A stretch of 63,773 nt of DNA, filler included, from Reclinomonas americana ATCC 50394 (taxonomy: Eukaryota), in NCBI GenBank assembly GCA_048213135.1. It is 6 parts of 6 records of this genome, joined end to end, with 100 filler letters (N's around TTAATTAATTAA, not from the genome) between each part and the next. Parts side by side here need not be neighbours in the genome. Positions count along the whole stretch, not along the records: positions 1 to 28,969 come from PS015559.1; 5 more parts are not named here. One strand, 5' to 3'. Of the stretch, positions 1 through 12,000 are shown piece by piece. The first letter of the stretch is position 1. Every line of letters starts with the position of its first letter. Position numbers and translations under genes: made by a program. The notes under the pieces are model-generated. The model worked only from the letters and a program-made list of their open reading frames with translations. It was not told the origin of the DNA and searched no databases.

Positions 1-64
1 AGAGAGAGAGAGAGAGAGAGAGTGGTGATGCTCATTTGCTTGTGTGTGTGCTTGTGGGCTGCAG

Positions 65-2813
65 ATGGCGCCGGGACCTGTGGATGTTGCGTCTTGTGTT
101 AACCATGCAGGAGGATGTGTGCTTCCCTTGTTGCTCTCTCTCGGCCTCTGTGGTGCTCCGATTCATGGCATTCTTGCTCTCCCTCCTCGCTATTCTCATT
201 CTTTGTCCCTGTTGACTCTCTTTCTTGCACTCTGTCTGGTCTCTGTCTCTCCCCTGTCTCCCTCCGTCCCTCTCCTTCTCCTCTCGTCCTCTCACCTGTT
301 GCTGCTTTCTCCATTCTCTGTTTCTCTTCTCTTTCTCTTCTCTCTCCCCAGTCTCCCCACCGTCCTCCTCCCCCATCTCTCTCCTCTCCGCCTCCCTTTC
401 TCACCCCTCTCTCCGCCTTCTTTTTCACTCGGAACCCGTTGCAGGAAATGTACATTGCCGTGATCCTGCGCGAGACGCTGAAGGTACTGTTCTTCCACGT
501 GCGTGCGTGTTTGCTGCTCGCTGGCCGCCTTGCTCACTGTTGCGCACCAGGCGCTGGAGTACCTGCATTCGTCACAAAAGCTGCATCGCGACATCAAGGG
601 TACGTACGTTTTCTCCTTCTCCGAAATGCAGCAGCACGGGGTGTTTGCAACTTGCACTGCATGCTGAATTGTCGCGGGGAAATCATGCAGCGGCCAACAT
701 TCTCGTGGCCTCCAACGGTGACGTGAAGCTTGCCGATTTTGGTGTCGCTGCGCAGGTGATGTATCTATGTGTGAGGTTAATGCCCTCCGTCGACCTCACC
801 CTCGCTCCGCAGCTCTCGGAAAACCGTACCAAGAGACACACATTTGTTGGCACACCGTTCTGGATGGCTCGTTGCGTTTCTGCTCTTGCTGCAATACCAC
901 ATCCCTCTCCCTTGTTTCACCCCGCACTCACTTTCCCCTCCCTCCGCAGCGTTGCGTTACTACAGAGCCTCTCTTGTTCTCTATCCTGGCGATTTCTAAC
1001 TCGATTGGCATGCAGTGAGGTCATCCGGCAAACCTCGGGCTACAACGAGAAGGTGCACTTGCTGCAGAGAGTGCTTGCCACTGGCCTTCTCCTCACCAGT
1101 GTCGGCACAGTGTGACATTTGGTCGTTGGGCATCACCGCGATTGAGATGGCCAAGGGCGCACCGCCGTACTCGGACCTCCACCCGATGCGTGCCCTCTTT
1201 GTCATTCCCAAGTCGCAGCCGCCACAGCTGGAGGGCAACTTCTCGCGCTCCTTCAAGGAGTTTGTGGCGGCCTGTCTGCAGAAGGAGCCAGAAGCAGTTG
1301 CGTTTCCCCGTGATACTTCGGATTTAATGTCATGCAGTCGGCGCACTCCTTCCTCGTTGCACTCCTCCGTCGTTGCACTCCTCCCTCGTTGCACTCGCCT
1401 CCCTCGTTGCACTCCTCCCTCGTTGCACTCCTTCCTTGTTGCACCTCTCCCTCGTTGCACCCCTCCGTCGTTGCACCTCCCTCGTTGCACTCCTGCCTCG
1501 TTGCACTTCTGCCTCGTTGCACTNNNNNNNNNNNNNNNNNNNNNNNNNNNNNNNNNNNNNNNNNNNNNNNNNNNNNNTTGCACTCCTCCCTCGTCGCACT
1601 CCTCCCTCGTTGCACTCGTCTCCCCTCCCTCGTTGCACTCGTCTCCCCTCCCTCGTTGCACTCCTCCCTTCTCTCGTTGCGCGCTGACCCTGCTCTCTTT
1701 CTCCCTCCTTCCCCCCTCTCAGAGACCAACCGCCCGCGAGCTGCTGAAGCACCGCTTCATCAAAAGCGCCAAGAAAACCTCCCTGCTGGTGGACCTCATT
1801 GAGCGGAGAGAGATGTACGAGGCCAACCGCGACTCTGATGACGACGATCCGGGACGTCTGTTTCGTCTCCTTTCCGTGTCCCCATTCCTGCACCTCATCA
1901 CTCACCACACGCTCCAGCAACCCACCGTCGGGTTCGGCCTCGGGCGCCGACTCCTCTGATCCGGGGTGGAGTTTCACCATGCGACCACGCGACACGCCTG
2001 GCGCAGCGTCTGGCGGCTCATCGGCCGCCGCCTCACCGGCACCCTCCCCGCAGCCGCCGTCGCACTTGTCCGCGGCCGCTTCATCCGTGGTCTCGTCGGC
2101 CACAGCCTCTGTGACACCATCCGCGTCGCCGTCGGTGTTGCAGCTGCCGTCGCCCATTCCACCGCCACGGTTCAGTCCACTGGGCGGTGCACAAGTCGAT
2201 GTTGCGTTCCGGCCGTCCACTCGTTTTCCGTGTCTTTCCCCATCACCTCCCCCTTTGTCAGATGTCTCCCACACCGCAGCAGCGAGCCAATGGTGGTGGC
2301 ATGTCACCGGCACCCGGCGAGTCGTCCTCCGTGCCGAGACCTGAGCGGTGAGTGATGGGGTGTGCGCGCAAGTTGACGTCCGTGTGGCTGATTTGTATAT
2401 GATCGGCAGAGTCCGGTCGGAGACCACCATTGCTACGTCCAACTCGCTGCTGACCAACTACGTTCTGCCGGCGCTCGAGGAGGTTCGTCTCGCTCACTTG
2501 CTGCGTTGAAATCGACACGTCACTGACGAGTGTGCACGCCGGCAGACCGGTTGCGACACACACGAAGTGGAGCGCGAACTGGTGCAAGTCGAGCGCGCCC
2601 ATCCCGGCTTCACCGAAGCGTTTATCACTGCGCTGGTCCAACGATTACGTCGGTGCGTGTCTCTTTCCTCGCTCCTGCTCCACACCTTCTCTCACCCCCT
2701 GCATCAGCACCTCGAATCCTCAAGTGGAAGCCGTGGTGCACCTGGCCGGTGGCGTCGCCGACGAACCAGACGAGTTCTCCGAGTTTCTACTGGAATGCTG
2801 GAAGGCTCGATAG
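65..2813 (+). CDS. STE20-family (GCK-III, STK24/25/26 / SvkA-like) Ser/Thr kinase, 5'-partial, multi-exon
   Basis: Spliced exons read [124 protein letters not shown]...|[14 protein letters not shown]. The C-terminal [20 protein letters not shown] resembles the GCK-III dimerisation tail. 3' exon boundaries are approximate. Confidence 0.93.
1345..1682. repeat. Intronic minisatellite, unit ~CTCCCTCGTTGCACT (contains an assembly gap)
   Basis: Many tandem variants of ctccctcgttgcact inside the kinase intron that starts at 1297. Confidence 0.9.
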
Positions 2814-3445
2814 GCGCCACCAAAGCGCGAAGCCTCCCCCGTCCCTTTAGGGGCTACCCTCTCTACGGCGACTCCAACAGCGAACTCTGTGTGTGTGTGT
2901 GTGTGTAAACTCGGGAAGCATTTTCCGTCGTTGCGTTCACTACGTGGCCAGTGATCCCACTCGTCGCGAGACCATGGATGCCAGCAGGAACAAGACAAGT
3001 GCCAGCACAATCCACCATCCACTGTGCTGATAGTTGCGCGAACCGGCCCACGACTCACTCAGAGTCGCATCCTAATCAATCACATGATGATGATGATGAT
3101 GATGATGATGCGCGCAAAGAGAGATTGTGAAGTGAGGTTACCTTGGGGAACGCCTTGCGATTGGACTGCAGTGAGAAGCGTGACGGGTACACGAAGCTGT
3201 GTCATGCCAGTGAGCGAGTGTGAGAGAGAGAGTGTCTTGTGTGTGTGCGTGTGTTTACAACGCAACTCCGTGGCCCAGCTCTCCAGTCCAGTGGCTGCTC
3301 TCTTGTCCGACTGTGCACAGGCGAGAAGTGAGCAGGCAAACAAGAGAGGAAGACACGCGTGCGCTCTCACCATTCTGTTGTTACGAGGAGGACAACTCGT
3401 CGTGTCCCTCTCTTGCAAGCATAACACCACCATGCACCGACGCAC

Positions 3446-5178
3446 ATGCTGGGCCTCGACTATTACAGCAGCAGTGACAGTAACAGTGACAGCAGCAGCA
3501 GCAGTGACGGAAGAGACGATGAGGTTTGCCTTCTCTCTCACTCTCACTCTCACTCACGCACTCACTGTGCATGGACAGCGCGAGGCACTGCTGACACTGG
3601 GCAAACGCGCACGAGGTCACCAGCGCATGCTCCCACCCTTTTTCTCTTTCCTCTTGCTCACACAGTCCGCACAGAGGAACAGTCGTCGCAGCAGCAAGAC
3701 AAGAAACGCGCTTGTCATCGACGATACGTGTCCAAAGCAGAGAAGAAGACGACCTCTTCGTCTTCCTCCTCGTCGTCTTCCACTGGAGCTGTCACTGGAG
3801 AAGCAACTGTATGGGACTCGGTGAAACGCGTGTGGGAGAGCGCACTCCCCGCGTTGGCGGAAGACGAGGAGGAGCAAGTGCACGTGTCGCGATCCCTTGC
3901 GCGTCGACTGGCCAGCTGTGTGCCGCTGAATGTCGACGAGCCTGTGCATGAGCTGGTGGGACACAAGGCTGGTGTCAATCGCGTGCTGTGGTCGCCCGAG
4001 TCGGGGAGGCTGTTGGCCTCGGCCGGCAACGATGGCACTGTGCGATTGTGGGATGTGTTTGACGAGGGTGTGCGAACGCGACGAGTCAGGCCGCTGGTCA
4101 CGGTGGAACTGGGTGCAGTGGGCGTGCGAACGGTGGAGTGGATGGTGGGCGATGAGGCGCGGCGTTTGCTGGCCGTGTTGCATGGGCAGTCGGCGGTGTC
4201 GTTGACCGACATGGAGACTGGCGTGCTGGTGGAGGTGCGAGATGAGGCCCTGCGCGTTTCTGGTTCAAGTCGCCCCTCACCTGTGTGTATGTGCAGTCCT
4301 TTGCCTCGCGCTCGGCGGCTGCGTCGTCGACACTGGCCGCCACTGCGCTTCGCTGCTCCGACACGCATCCGCACCTCTTCCTCGCCGGTTACATGCGAGA
4401 CGGCATGCTCTTGTGGGACACGCGGGCCAGCGCCACAAAGCCCGTGCGGCCGTTTGCGGTTCGCCGTCTTCTCCCGTGGTCGATGAACGAGTTTGCGTCA
4501 CCGAAAACTGTTCCCCCACCAACACAGGGCCACTTTGGCACGCTCCACAGCGCCGATTTCACCGCCGATGGCAGCACTGTGATCTCGTGCGCAGACTTGC
4601 CACGCACCACCGTGGTGAATCGCGGTGTGGTGTCGTGGGACTTTGGCTCCGGCGTCATCATGCACGACCAGTTTTACTTGGAGGGCTTCACCTGCACGTG
4701 CGTGCGGTTGCATCCTGCCGGGCGCAAGTTCTGCTTGCAGTCGCACGGCGACTACATTGCCATTATCGGTGCGCAGCCGCCACACAAGCTCAACAAGTAT
4801 CGGGTGAGTGGTCAGTCGCTCTCCAGCTCTCCCCTGTTCTCAAAAGTCACTGAACTCGCGTTGTCAGCGCTTTGAGGGCCACAGTGTCGCCGGTTTCAAC
4901 ATTCAGTTCTCGTTCAGTCAGAACGGCGCCACCATCTGCACCGGTTCGTCGGATGGCTCGTTGCACTTTTACGAGTGGGACCCGCAGCCTGGCTGCGCTG
5001 TCCAGCAGATCCGGAGAGTGAGTTGGCGATCTCTTCGTGTCGCACACCGCTCGATCCAGAGCACTCACTCGTGCCACAGGCACACACCGAGGCGTGCACC
5101 GATGCACAGTACCACCCTCTGCTGCCCTCCACTCTGGCGTCGGCCGCGTGGGATCACCGCGTACTCCTCTGGCAGTAA
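3446..5178 (+). CDS. WDR25: WD40-repeat protein 25-like, multi-exon
   Basis: Acidic N-terminus MLGLDYYSSSDS, RRYVSK, LVGHKAGVNRVLWSP...LLASAGNDGTVRLWD, WDFGSGVIMHDQFYLEGFTCTCVRLHP, KYR|RFEGHSVAGFNIQFSFS, AHTEACTDAQYHPLLPSTLASAAWD...WQ*. These match the recognisable WDR25 signature blocks. Confidence 0.85.
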
Positions 5179-5270
5179 GTAAACAACAACACGTATCATA
5201 TGTACTCTGCACACCCTCCGCCCCTCTCCGCCTCTCTAGTACTACTGCTGCGCGCCACCAAGGGAGTCCC

Positions 5271-6444
5271 TCAGATGTCGTCCGCCAAGAACGTCGAGCT
5301 GATGGTGACCTTTTCACCGGGCTTGAACGGCGGCAGTCCCATGAACGGGCATGCAGCACAGCGGAAGGCGTCGCCCAGGTAGCACTGTCACAACATGGTC
5401 AAATTCTTCGACCACACATCAAACAATGAGAGACACACAAGCAAAAACGCACACTTCCACACGCCGACTTGGGCATGTCATCCATGGCCGACACGCGAAC
5501 CGGTGTCGGCGCACTCGCCGCCGCTGCTGTCTCCGCCTCCGCCTCCTGCTTGGCCCGACCGCACGTGCAGTTCTTGCACGCACCCTTGGTCTTCTTTTGC
5601 TCACCTGTTCAGCGCGACAATCAGCCACTCCTCCTCCCTCACCTGTCTGTGTGCCACCAGTGCAACGCCTCACCTCCATACGTCGGCCGTGCTGTCAACT
5701 CACTCTCCTCCAACAACGCATCCTCGTCCACCAGCTCCACACTCGCCGTCTCCGCCGTCGCAGCTGCCGCACGGAAGGCATTGATGCTGGCCTCCAATGC
5801 TGCACCACGCACGTTACGTTACGTGAGACACCACAGCGTTGCATATGTGACAACTCCACTTGGCCGACAGCAGACCTTCTCCCTCCAACGGCGCCGCCGT
5901 CTTCTTCTTCTTTCTCAGCAACTGCCGGCCTTCACCGACCTTCCATGTTGGTCTCGACGCAGTGATCTGTGAGTATGTGATGAGTGAGTGAGGGAGAGAG
6001 TGTCTTGTTCTTCTTCTCCTTCTTCTTCTTCTCTCTCTCTGACTCACCGTTGTGCCTCGCACCACTGGACTCTGATACCCACTCAACACCAAGTCCGAGG
6101 TCAGAGTGTCATCGTCGCCACCGCTGTTGTTGAGCACCACACGACCTTCGGCTTTGACCACTCGCAGCGTGTAGCTCAACAGTCGTCGTTCTGGTCGCCA
6201 GCCCTCAAACACAACCACATCAAACGAGTCTTCACCGTAAGGCAGTTGCTCTGTGCGTCTCGCGCGTGAGTACGTGTGTGTGTGTGTGAAGAGAGAGAGA
6301 GAGTGACGATGGTGACCAGGTCGCACCCAAATAAGCTCCTCGTGTGCACATCTCCACCACCTCCTCTGCTCCCTGTGCGCGCAGCTGCTGTGCGGCGTGT
6401 GTCACTGTGGAGGCCTCCGCGCCAACAACGAGAATGCGCGACAT
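5271..6444 (-). CDS. DRE2: Anamorsin / Dre2 Fe-S cluster assembly protein
   Basis: N-terminal methyltransferase-like region ([12 protein letters not shown]...DLVLSGY...ASRPTWKVG), [10 protein letters not shown] linker, [10 protein letters not shown] and [32 protein letters not shown]...LADDI*. Confidence 0.93.
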
Positions 6445-6539
6445 CTTTGCTCTTTTCAGCAACACAAAACGAAGTCGATGGGCCTCGATGGTCGGAGGAC
6501 AGACACCCTTCGACGTTCTTTCCCTTTTGCTCCGACTTC

Positions 6540-8890
6540 ATGAGTGGTGAGACAATGTTATATCGATGCCTTACCTCACTGCTTGCTTATCATCGTTCCA
6601 CAGATCACGCGCTGGAGCGTCTACGTCGCACAGTCGACAGCTTCATCGCAAGAGGGCAAGCGGTGCCTGCAGTGCTGCTGGAGCAGTTGCGCGATGCACA
6701 GCATGAGCAGGTGTGTGTCCCCACCCCACTCCATCCATGCGTGTGTCAACGCGCTCATCGATCACCTGCAGTCGNNNNNNNNNNNNNNNNNNNNNNNNNN
6801 NNNNNNNNNNNNNNNNNNNNNNNNNNNNNNNNNNNNNNNNNNNNNNNNNNNNNNNNNNNNNNNNNNNNNNNNNNNNNNNNNNNNNNNNNNNNNNNNNNNN
6901 NNNNNNNNNNNNNNNNNNNNNNNNNNNNNNNNNNNNNNNNNNNNNNNNNNNNNNNNNNNNNNNNNNNNNNNNNNNNNNNNNNNNNNNNNNNNNNNNNNNN
7001 NNNNNNNNNNNNNNNNNNNNNNNNNNNNNNNNNNNNNNNNNNNNNNNNNNNNNNNNNNNNNNNNNNNNNNNNNNNNNNNNNNNNNNNNNNNNNNNNNNNN
7101 NNNNNNNNNNNNNNNNNNNNNNNNNNNNNNNNNNNNNNNNNNNNNNNNNNNNNNNNNNNNNNNNNNNNNNNNNNNNNNNNNNNNNNNNNNNNNNNNNNNN
7201 NNNNNNNNNNNNNNNNNNNNNNTCGTCCACCATCAGCTCCCGTTCCGACACCACGCTGTCGTCGGTACCGGCGCTGCTGGCCCGCGACCGCGATGCTCCG
7301 CTGGTGGAGCTCCTGCGTCCGTTCGACATCGTGTACATTGCCTGTTGCGTAGAGATCGTTGCGCCGTGGCTCGCCAGATGAGCTGAGTCGACGACATGTG
7401 GCAGGTGCACGTGTGCTGCTGATGGACGGCTCGTACTTTGTGCGCCTGTCGTGGATGAGCATCATCATGCGGCTAGTAGAGATGCCGGAGGGCAATCTGC
7501 GCGGTGAGCTCCCTCCACTCCGCTGCAAGCCCGAACGACGATGTTCACATGCTTGCTCACAGAAAAGGAGATGAATCGGTGGCTCAGCAGCGTGCCGGAG
7601 AACCTCAAGACCCCGTGTGTCGGCCTCTTCAAGAGTTGCGCGCGCACGCCGAGACATCAATCGCTATGTGTCGGACTCACTTCCCAGTCACCGCAGGAAT
7701 GTGCAAGCACAAGACTACACTGGTGGCGTCAGCGGCGTATTATTCTGCCACGGGCGCACCACCATTTCCACCGTCGCTGCATGCACATGGTTCATCTCCA
7801 CTCTTGGCCACTGTGCTCGATTGCTGCTGACTGCCTCTTGCATAGTGCCACAAGCGGTGTCGTTCGGCGGTGCTGCTGCTGCTGCTACTGGACCCTCCTC
7901 ATCCTCCTCGTCGTCTGCTGCGCCACCGATGCAGCAGTGTCGCGCTCTGCGGGGCCTCGTTGTCGAAGGTGCAAGTGGGGCAACTCCTGCATCTGTGCCT
8001 CGTGCCCAGGAATTGATTGTTGGATGCTGCACAGACCAGCGCACGGCCGACGCATGGGTGCACTCGATCACTCTGGAGTCGGCGATCGGACGGGTGGTGC
8101 TGACGGCCGATGCGGTGCACCTTCTTCTTCTTCTCTCTGTTTCCCTGCTCGACCGTTTCTCATCTTTTTTTGGTCAACAAGGTGGCATCGGCGGCTTCCC
8201 TCTCCTCCGACTGTTTGCTGGCCGCTCGCGTCTGCCTGGACTACGTGTGCACGTGCTGCGGCAAACGCGCCCGAGTCGATCGTAACGATGTGCTGTCGTG
8301 CCCTGAAGATTGCGCGCTGCAGGCTGCACTGCGACCCGATAGTGGTTCCTCACCGGCGCCACCATTCGCGTGGCACATGTGCCCAGTCGAGGTGCATTCC
8401 TCTTGTCTTTTCCATTTCTCCTGCCACCCCGCGCGCTCATTCCCACCCGTGCCCAGCTGGAACTGCTCGACACTGACGGTGAATGCGTGCGTGTAAGTGT
8501 GCCCGAATCACGAATGCGAGACTTGTGTGGACAAGGTGTCACGGATCTGCTCGGCGTCGGTGAGCGCGTGGAGGCGCCGTTCTGCGCACCAAGCGTATAC
8601 ATTCGCGCCGTGGACAGCGGCTTCCGGGCAAGCGTGCGCGAGTTGAAGTTCCCACTCGGTGTGCAGAAAATGGCTCTCTGTCTGGCCTCTTTGCTGCGGG
8701 CCAGTGCGCACGATCCGGTTTGGCACCTCTGTCTCACTCACTTGTCGCCTTGCGCAACTCACCAGCCATGATGCAGCAACACGCCATGCGGTCTGTAGTG
8801 CGCGCCTCGATCCCCGTCGATCGCGATGGTGTGCCGATAGGTTCGCAGCCGCACCTCTTGTGGGAGGGCTGGACGGGCGGTGTATGGTGA
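6540..8890 (+). CDS. Hypothetical multi-exon protein; C-terminal zinc-ribbon / possible RPA1-like OB fold
   Basis: Chained exons with GT-AG junctions across a gap. Contains YVCTCCGKRARV...SCPEDC followed by LELLDTDGECVRVSV...DLCG. Divergent from DRE2 (~95 bp between start codons). Confidence 0.5.
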
Positions 8891-9012
8891 AAATCGCGTA
8901 CATTATGTGGAGACCCTGCATTCCATTCCGCTCTACAACAACATCAACAACAACAACAAATAACCCGTAGTGGTACACGCGCCGACCAGCTGCAATACTG
9001 GAAGCTGTCGGC

Positions 9013-12000
9013 TCAACTGTCGAGTGACTGACCCGAGGGCGATCGGTCAAACTGTCCCATTTGCTGGTCGTCTTGCAACTCAAAATCGCCGTCGTTCGAC
9101 TCCACGTCCTCCTCCATGCCTGGTGCAGGGAGAGAAAGGGGTGAAGGTGATGAGGAAAACATGAGAATGGGCACCAATAAACAGTCTCATGACAATGATA
9201 CCTGCGCTGTCGACAGCCACAATGGCGGCCAGCATTGCCGCCGCAAAGTCCTCGTACGACGGCAGCTCAGGCACCTCCAAGTGATGGAAGCACGTCTGCG
9301 CATACAGACGGCCTGCTCGGACGAGAGGAGAGCGCGTGTGTGAGGCCGAGTAGCTGCTTCCTGGAGAAACACGAGGGACGCAACTCGAAGGGAACACGGT
9401 GATCTTCTGTTGGAAGCCACCGTACGGAATGGCAATCAACGAGGTGCACAGACGGAGGAATCGTCGCAGAGCTGTGAGTGACGCTCTCCCCATTGAGTCG
9501 CGCGATCACGACGAAGAGCGACAGCGCCCCACCAATAAAACCGCACACACACACCTGTTGAATCGCAATCACGCAGGAATCTCCGCGCATAGTCCGGGGT
9601 CGGTGATCCTTCGGGGAAGGACGACGAGAAGACCACATTCTGCAGCACCATGTCCGAGTCCAAGTAGTCCTCGCCGCACAGCAACAACATGAGCTCGGTG
9701 CAGTTGAGACCCTTCAGCCACAACGACATGTTGACGCGTGTGAAGCCGCGCTTGATGGCCTCCAGATGCTGTTTCCGGCAGCCAATCAACTTTTCGTAAA
9801 TCTGTGTGGACCAGAGGAGAGTGAGCGAGGTCGTACTTCTTTAACTTCCACAAGAAGCAACTGCAACCGCACCTGTTTCCTCACGTACTCGTACTTATTC
9901 TCCTCGCTCAGCTCCTTCTCTTCACCCGTATCACTGATAAAGTGCAAATACGTCGGCTCCGTGATCGTCTTGTGCAGCACGTACTCGCGCAGGTTGTGTG
10001 CGTATTGCGGATCGTACAACTGCGAGGCGTAGAAAGGTCAGCTACTCTCGAGCACACACACACATATCAATATGCGCGGCAGCCAACCTCCAGATCGGTG
10101 TACGACGGGTCAATGTCGAGCAAGTACTTGAAGAGCGACGGCGCAAATCGCGCGTGCACCGGGCGGTTGTCGATGAGGCACTTGAGCAGCGCCGCGCCAA
10201 CACTCTCGTACGCAAACTCGGCGTCGGTGTTTGGCACCGGCAAATACAACTCGCTGTCTGGGTCGGCACCGTTGATGCCACACGACGCCTCGAACAAGCT
10301 GCAACACAACACAAGATGAGGACACCAAGCTTGGATAAAAAGTGCATTTCACACGCCGACGTACCCCAGCTTCGGATCGAGAACACGCGTGAAGAATTCG
10401 GTAAACATGTCGTCCGACACGGCACCCATGTCCTCGCCGCTCTCGCCACTGTCCTCCAGCAGTTGCGTGTGCAGCGGTGCCAGCATGTCTTCGTCGAGTG
10501 TCATGGCGCTAAAGACCTGCCGCGCGTGGAAAAATAGTAGGGTTGTTAGATATTACACATTAGTGCACAACCGACTCGCACGCGTGTGTGCGTTCGCACC
10601 TCCACCACGTCATTGACAATGTGGGCCCGCGACACGGTGAGCTCGATGGGTGGGATGTCGCGGGACTTTTCGTCGCACACCTCGCGAATCTGTCGAATCT
10701 TGTCGTCGCTGTGTGCCGACACGTGAGTGCACACAGACAGACAGACACACGTGAACACTGAAGCACGGATCCGCACCTGCGAATCAAGAAGCGATCGCGG
10801 TGCAGCATGTGCGCATGCGGGGTGGAAAAGTACGGATGAGCCAGCAACTCAATGGCACTTGGGCGGTGACGCGGATCGATGGCCAGCAGGCGGCGAAGCA
10901 GTGACCTGCGATGTTTGAAAACGTCAGCGAGGCGCGACACCAGCACTCTTGTGCGACACGCCCGACTCACCTCAGTTGCGCAAACATCTCATCCGTCATG
11001 TCGCGGCGAAGGTTCTCTCGCAGTGCATCCTTGTCGGGGATCTCAATCTTGCCAAACAGGCCAGTGGCGGCGCCCGGTGGGTTGCCGAGGGACCCAGAGC
11101 TGGAGCGACGGGAGATCTTCTGCTGTGTTGTGGTGCGTGAGTGCACTGCCACGATAAGAAACTAGGAAACTGCGAGATCCGCACACGTGCCTTGGTCCGC
11201 GGTGGCGTGGTCGGTGTAAAGTAGTTGGTAAACACACTGGAGGCGGCCAGTGGCGTTGCGTAAATGACGCTGTGTGCGTCGGACTTGGGACGTGGTCTGT
11301 TTCGGGCGAGGCAAGGGTCAGTCCCTATCCCATGAACGGAAGCACAGCATCGACGCAACGAATCCTCCAGCGGCCCGAAGTGAGCCTCCAAAATCATCAC
11401 ACCGAGACTCCACATGTCCGACTTGTACGAGGCACGCGACGACGACATGGGCGACGACGATGACGAAGACGACGACGGATTCGACTTGCTCTGTGAGATG
11501 CATGAGGAGAGAGCACGGGAAATGCAATGGAGACAGGCAGAGTGCACGAACCGAAGGTGACAGCGAGCTGCTGGCATCGCTTCGAGATCGCCCGGCCGAC
11601 GAGCGGATGTGCTTGCCCTTCTTCGAGGAGCCCGACAGCGAGCGTGCATACATGGGCAGCAGGACCTCCGGCGCCGCAAATGGACGCGTTCCAATGAATT
11701 CACCTGCGCCGACAGTGAGTTTTCAGGGGCGGGGTTGGGATGCGAAAGCAGCAGGGAGAACGCAACTGGTGCGCGAGTCGCGCAGAATACTCTCGGTGCG
11801 CGCGAATCCAAAGTCGGCAATCTTCGGCGTACCCAGTCGCGTCATGAACACATTTTCTGGCTTCAGATCACTGTCCACTGCCGTCAGCATCCAATCACAT
11901 GACACTCGCGTTCCCCTCACTCTCTTTCACAAACCGATGCACGATGCGCTGACTGTGAATGTATCCGACTCCCTGCACAATCTGACGGAACACACACTCC

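Noticed and set aside
3083..3110. Poly-Met ORF from (ATG)n
   Set aside because: Intergenic trinucleotide microsatellite between the kinase and WDR25.
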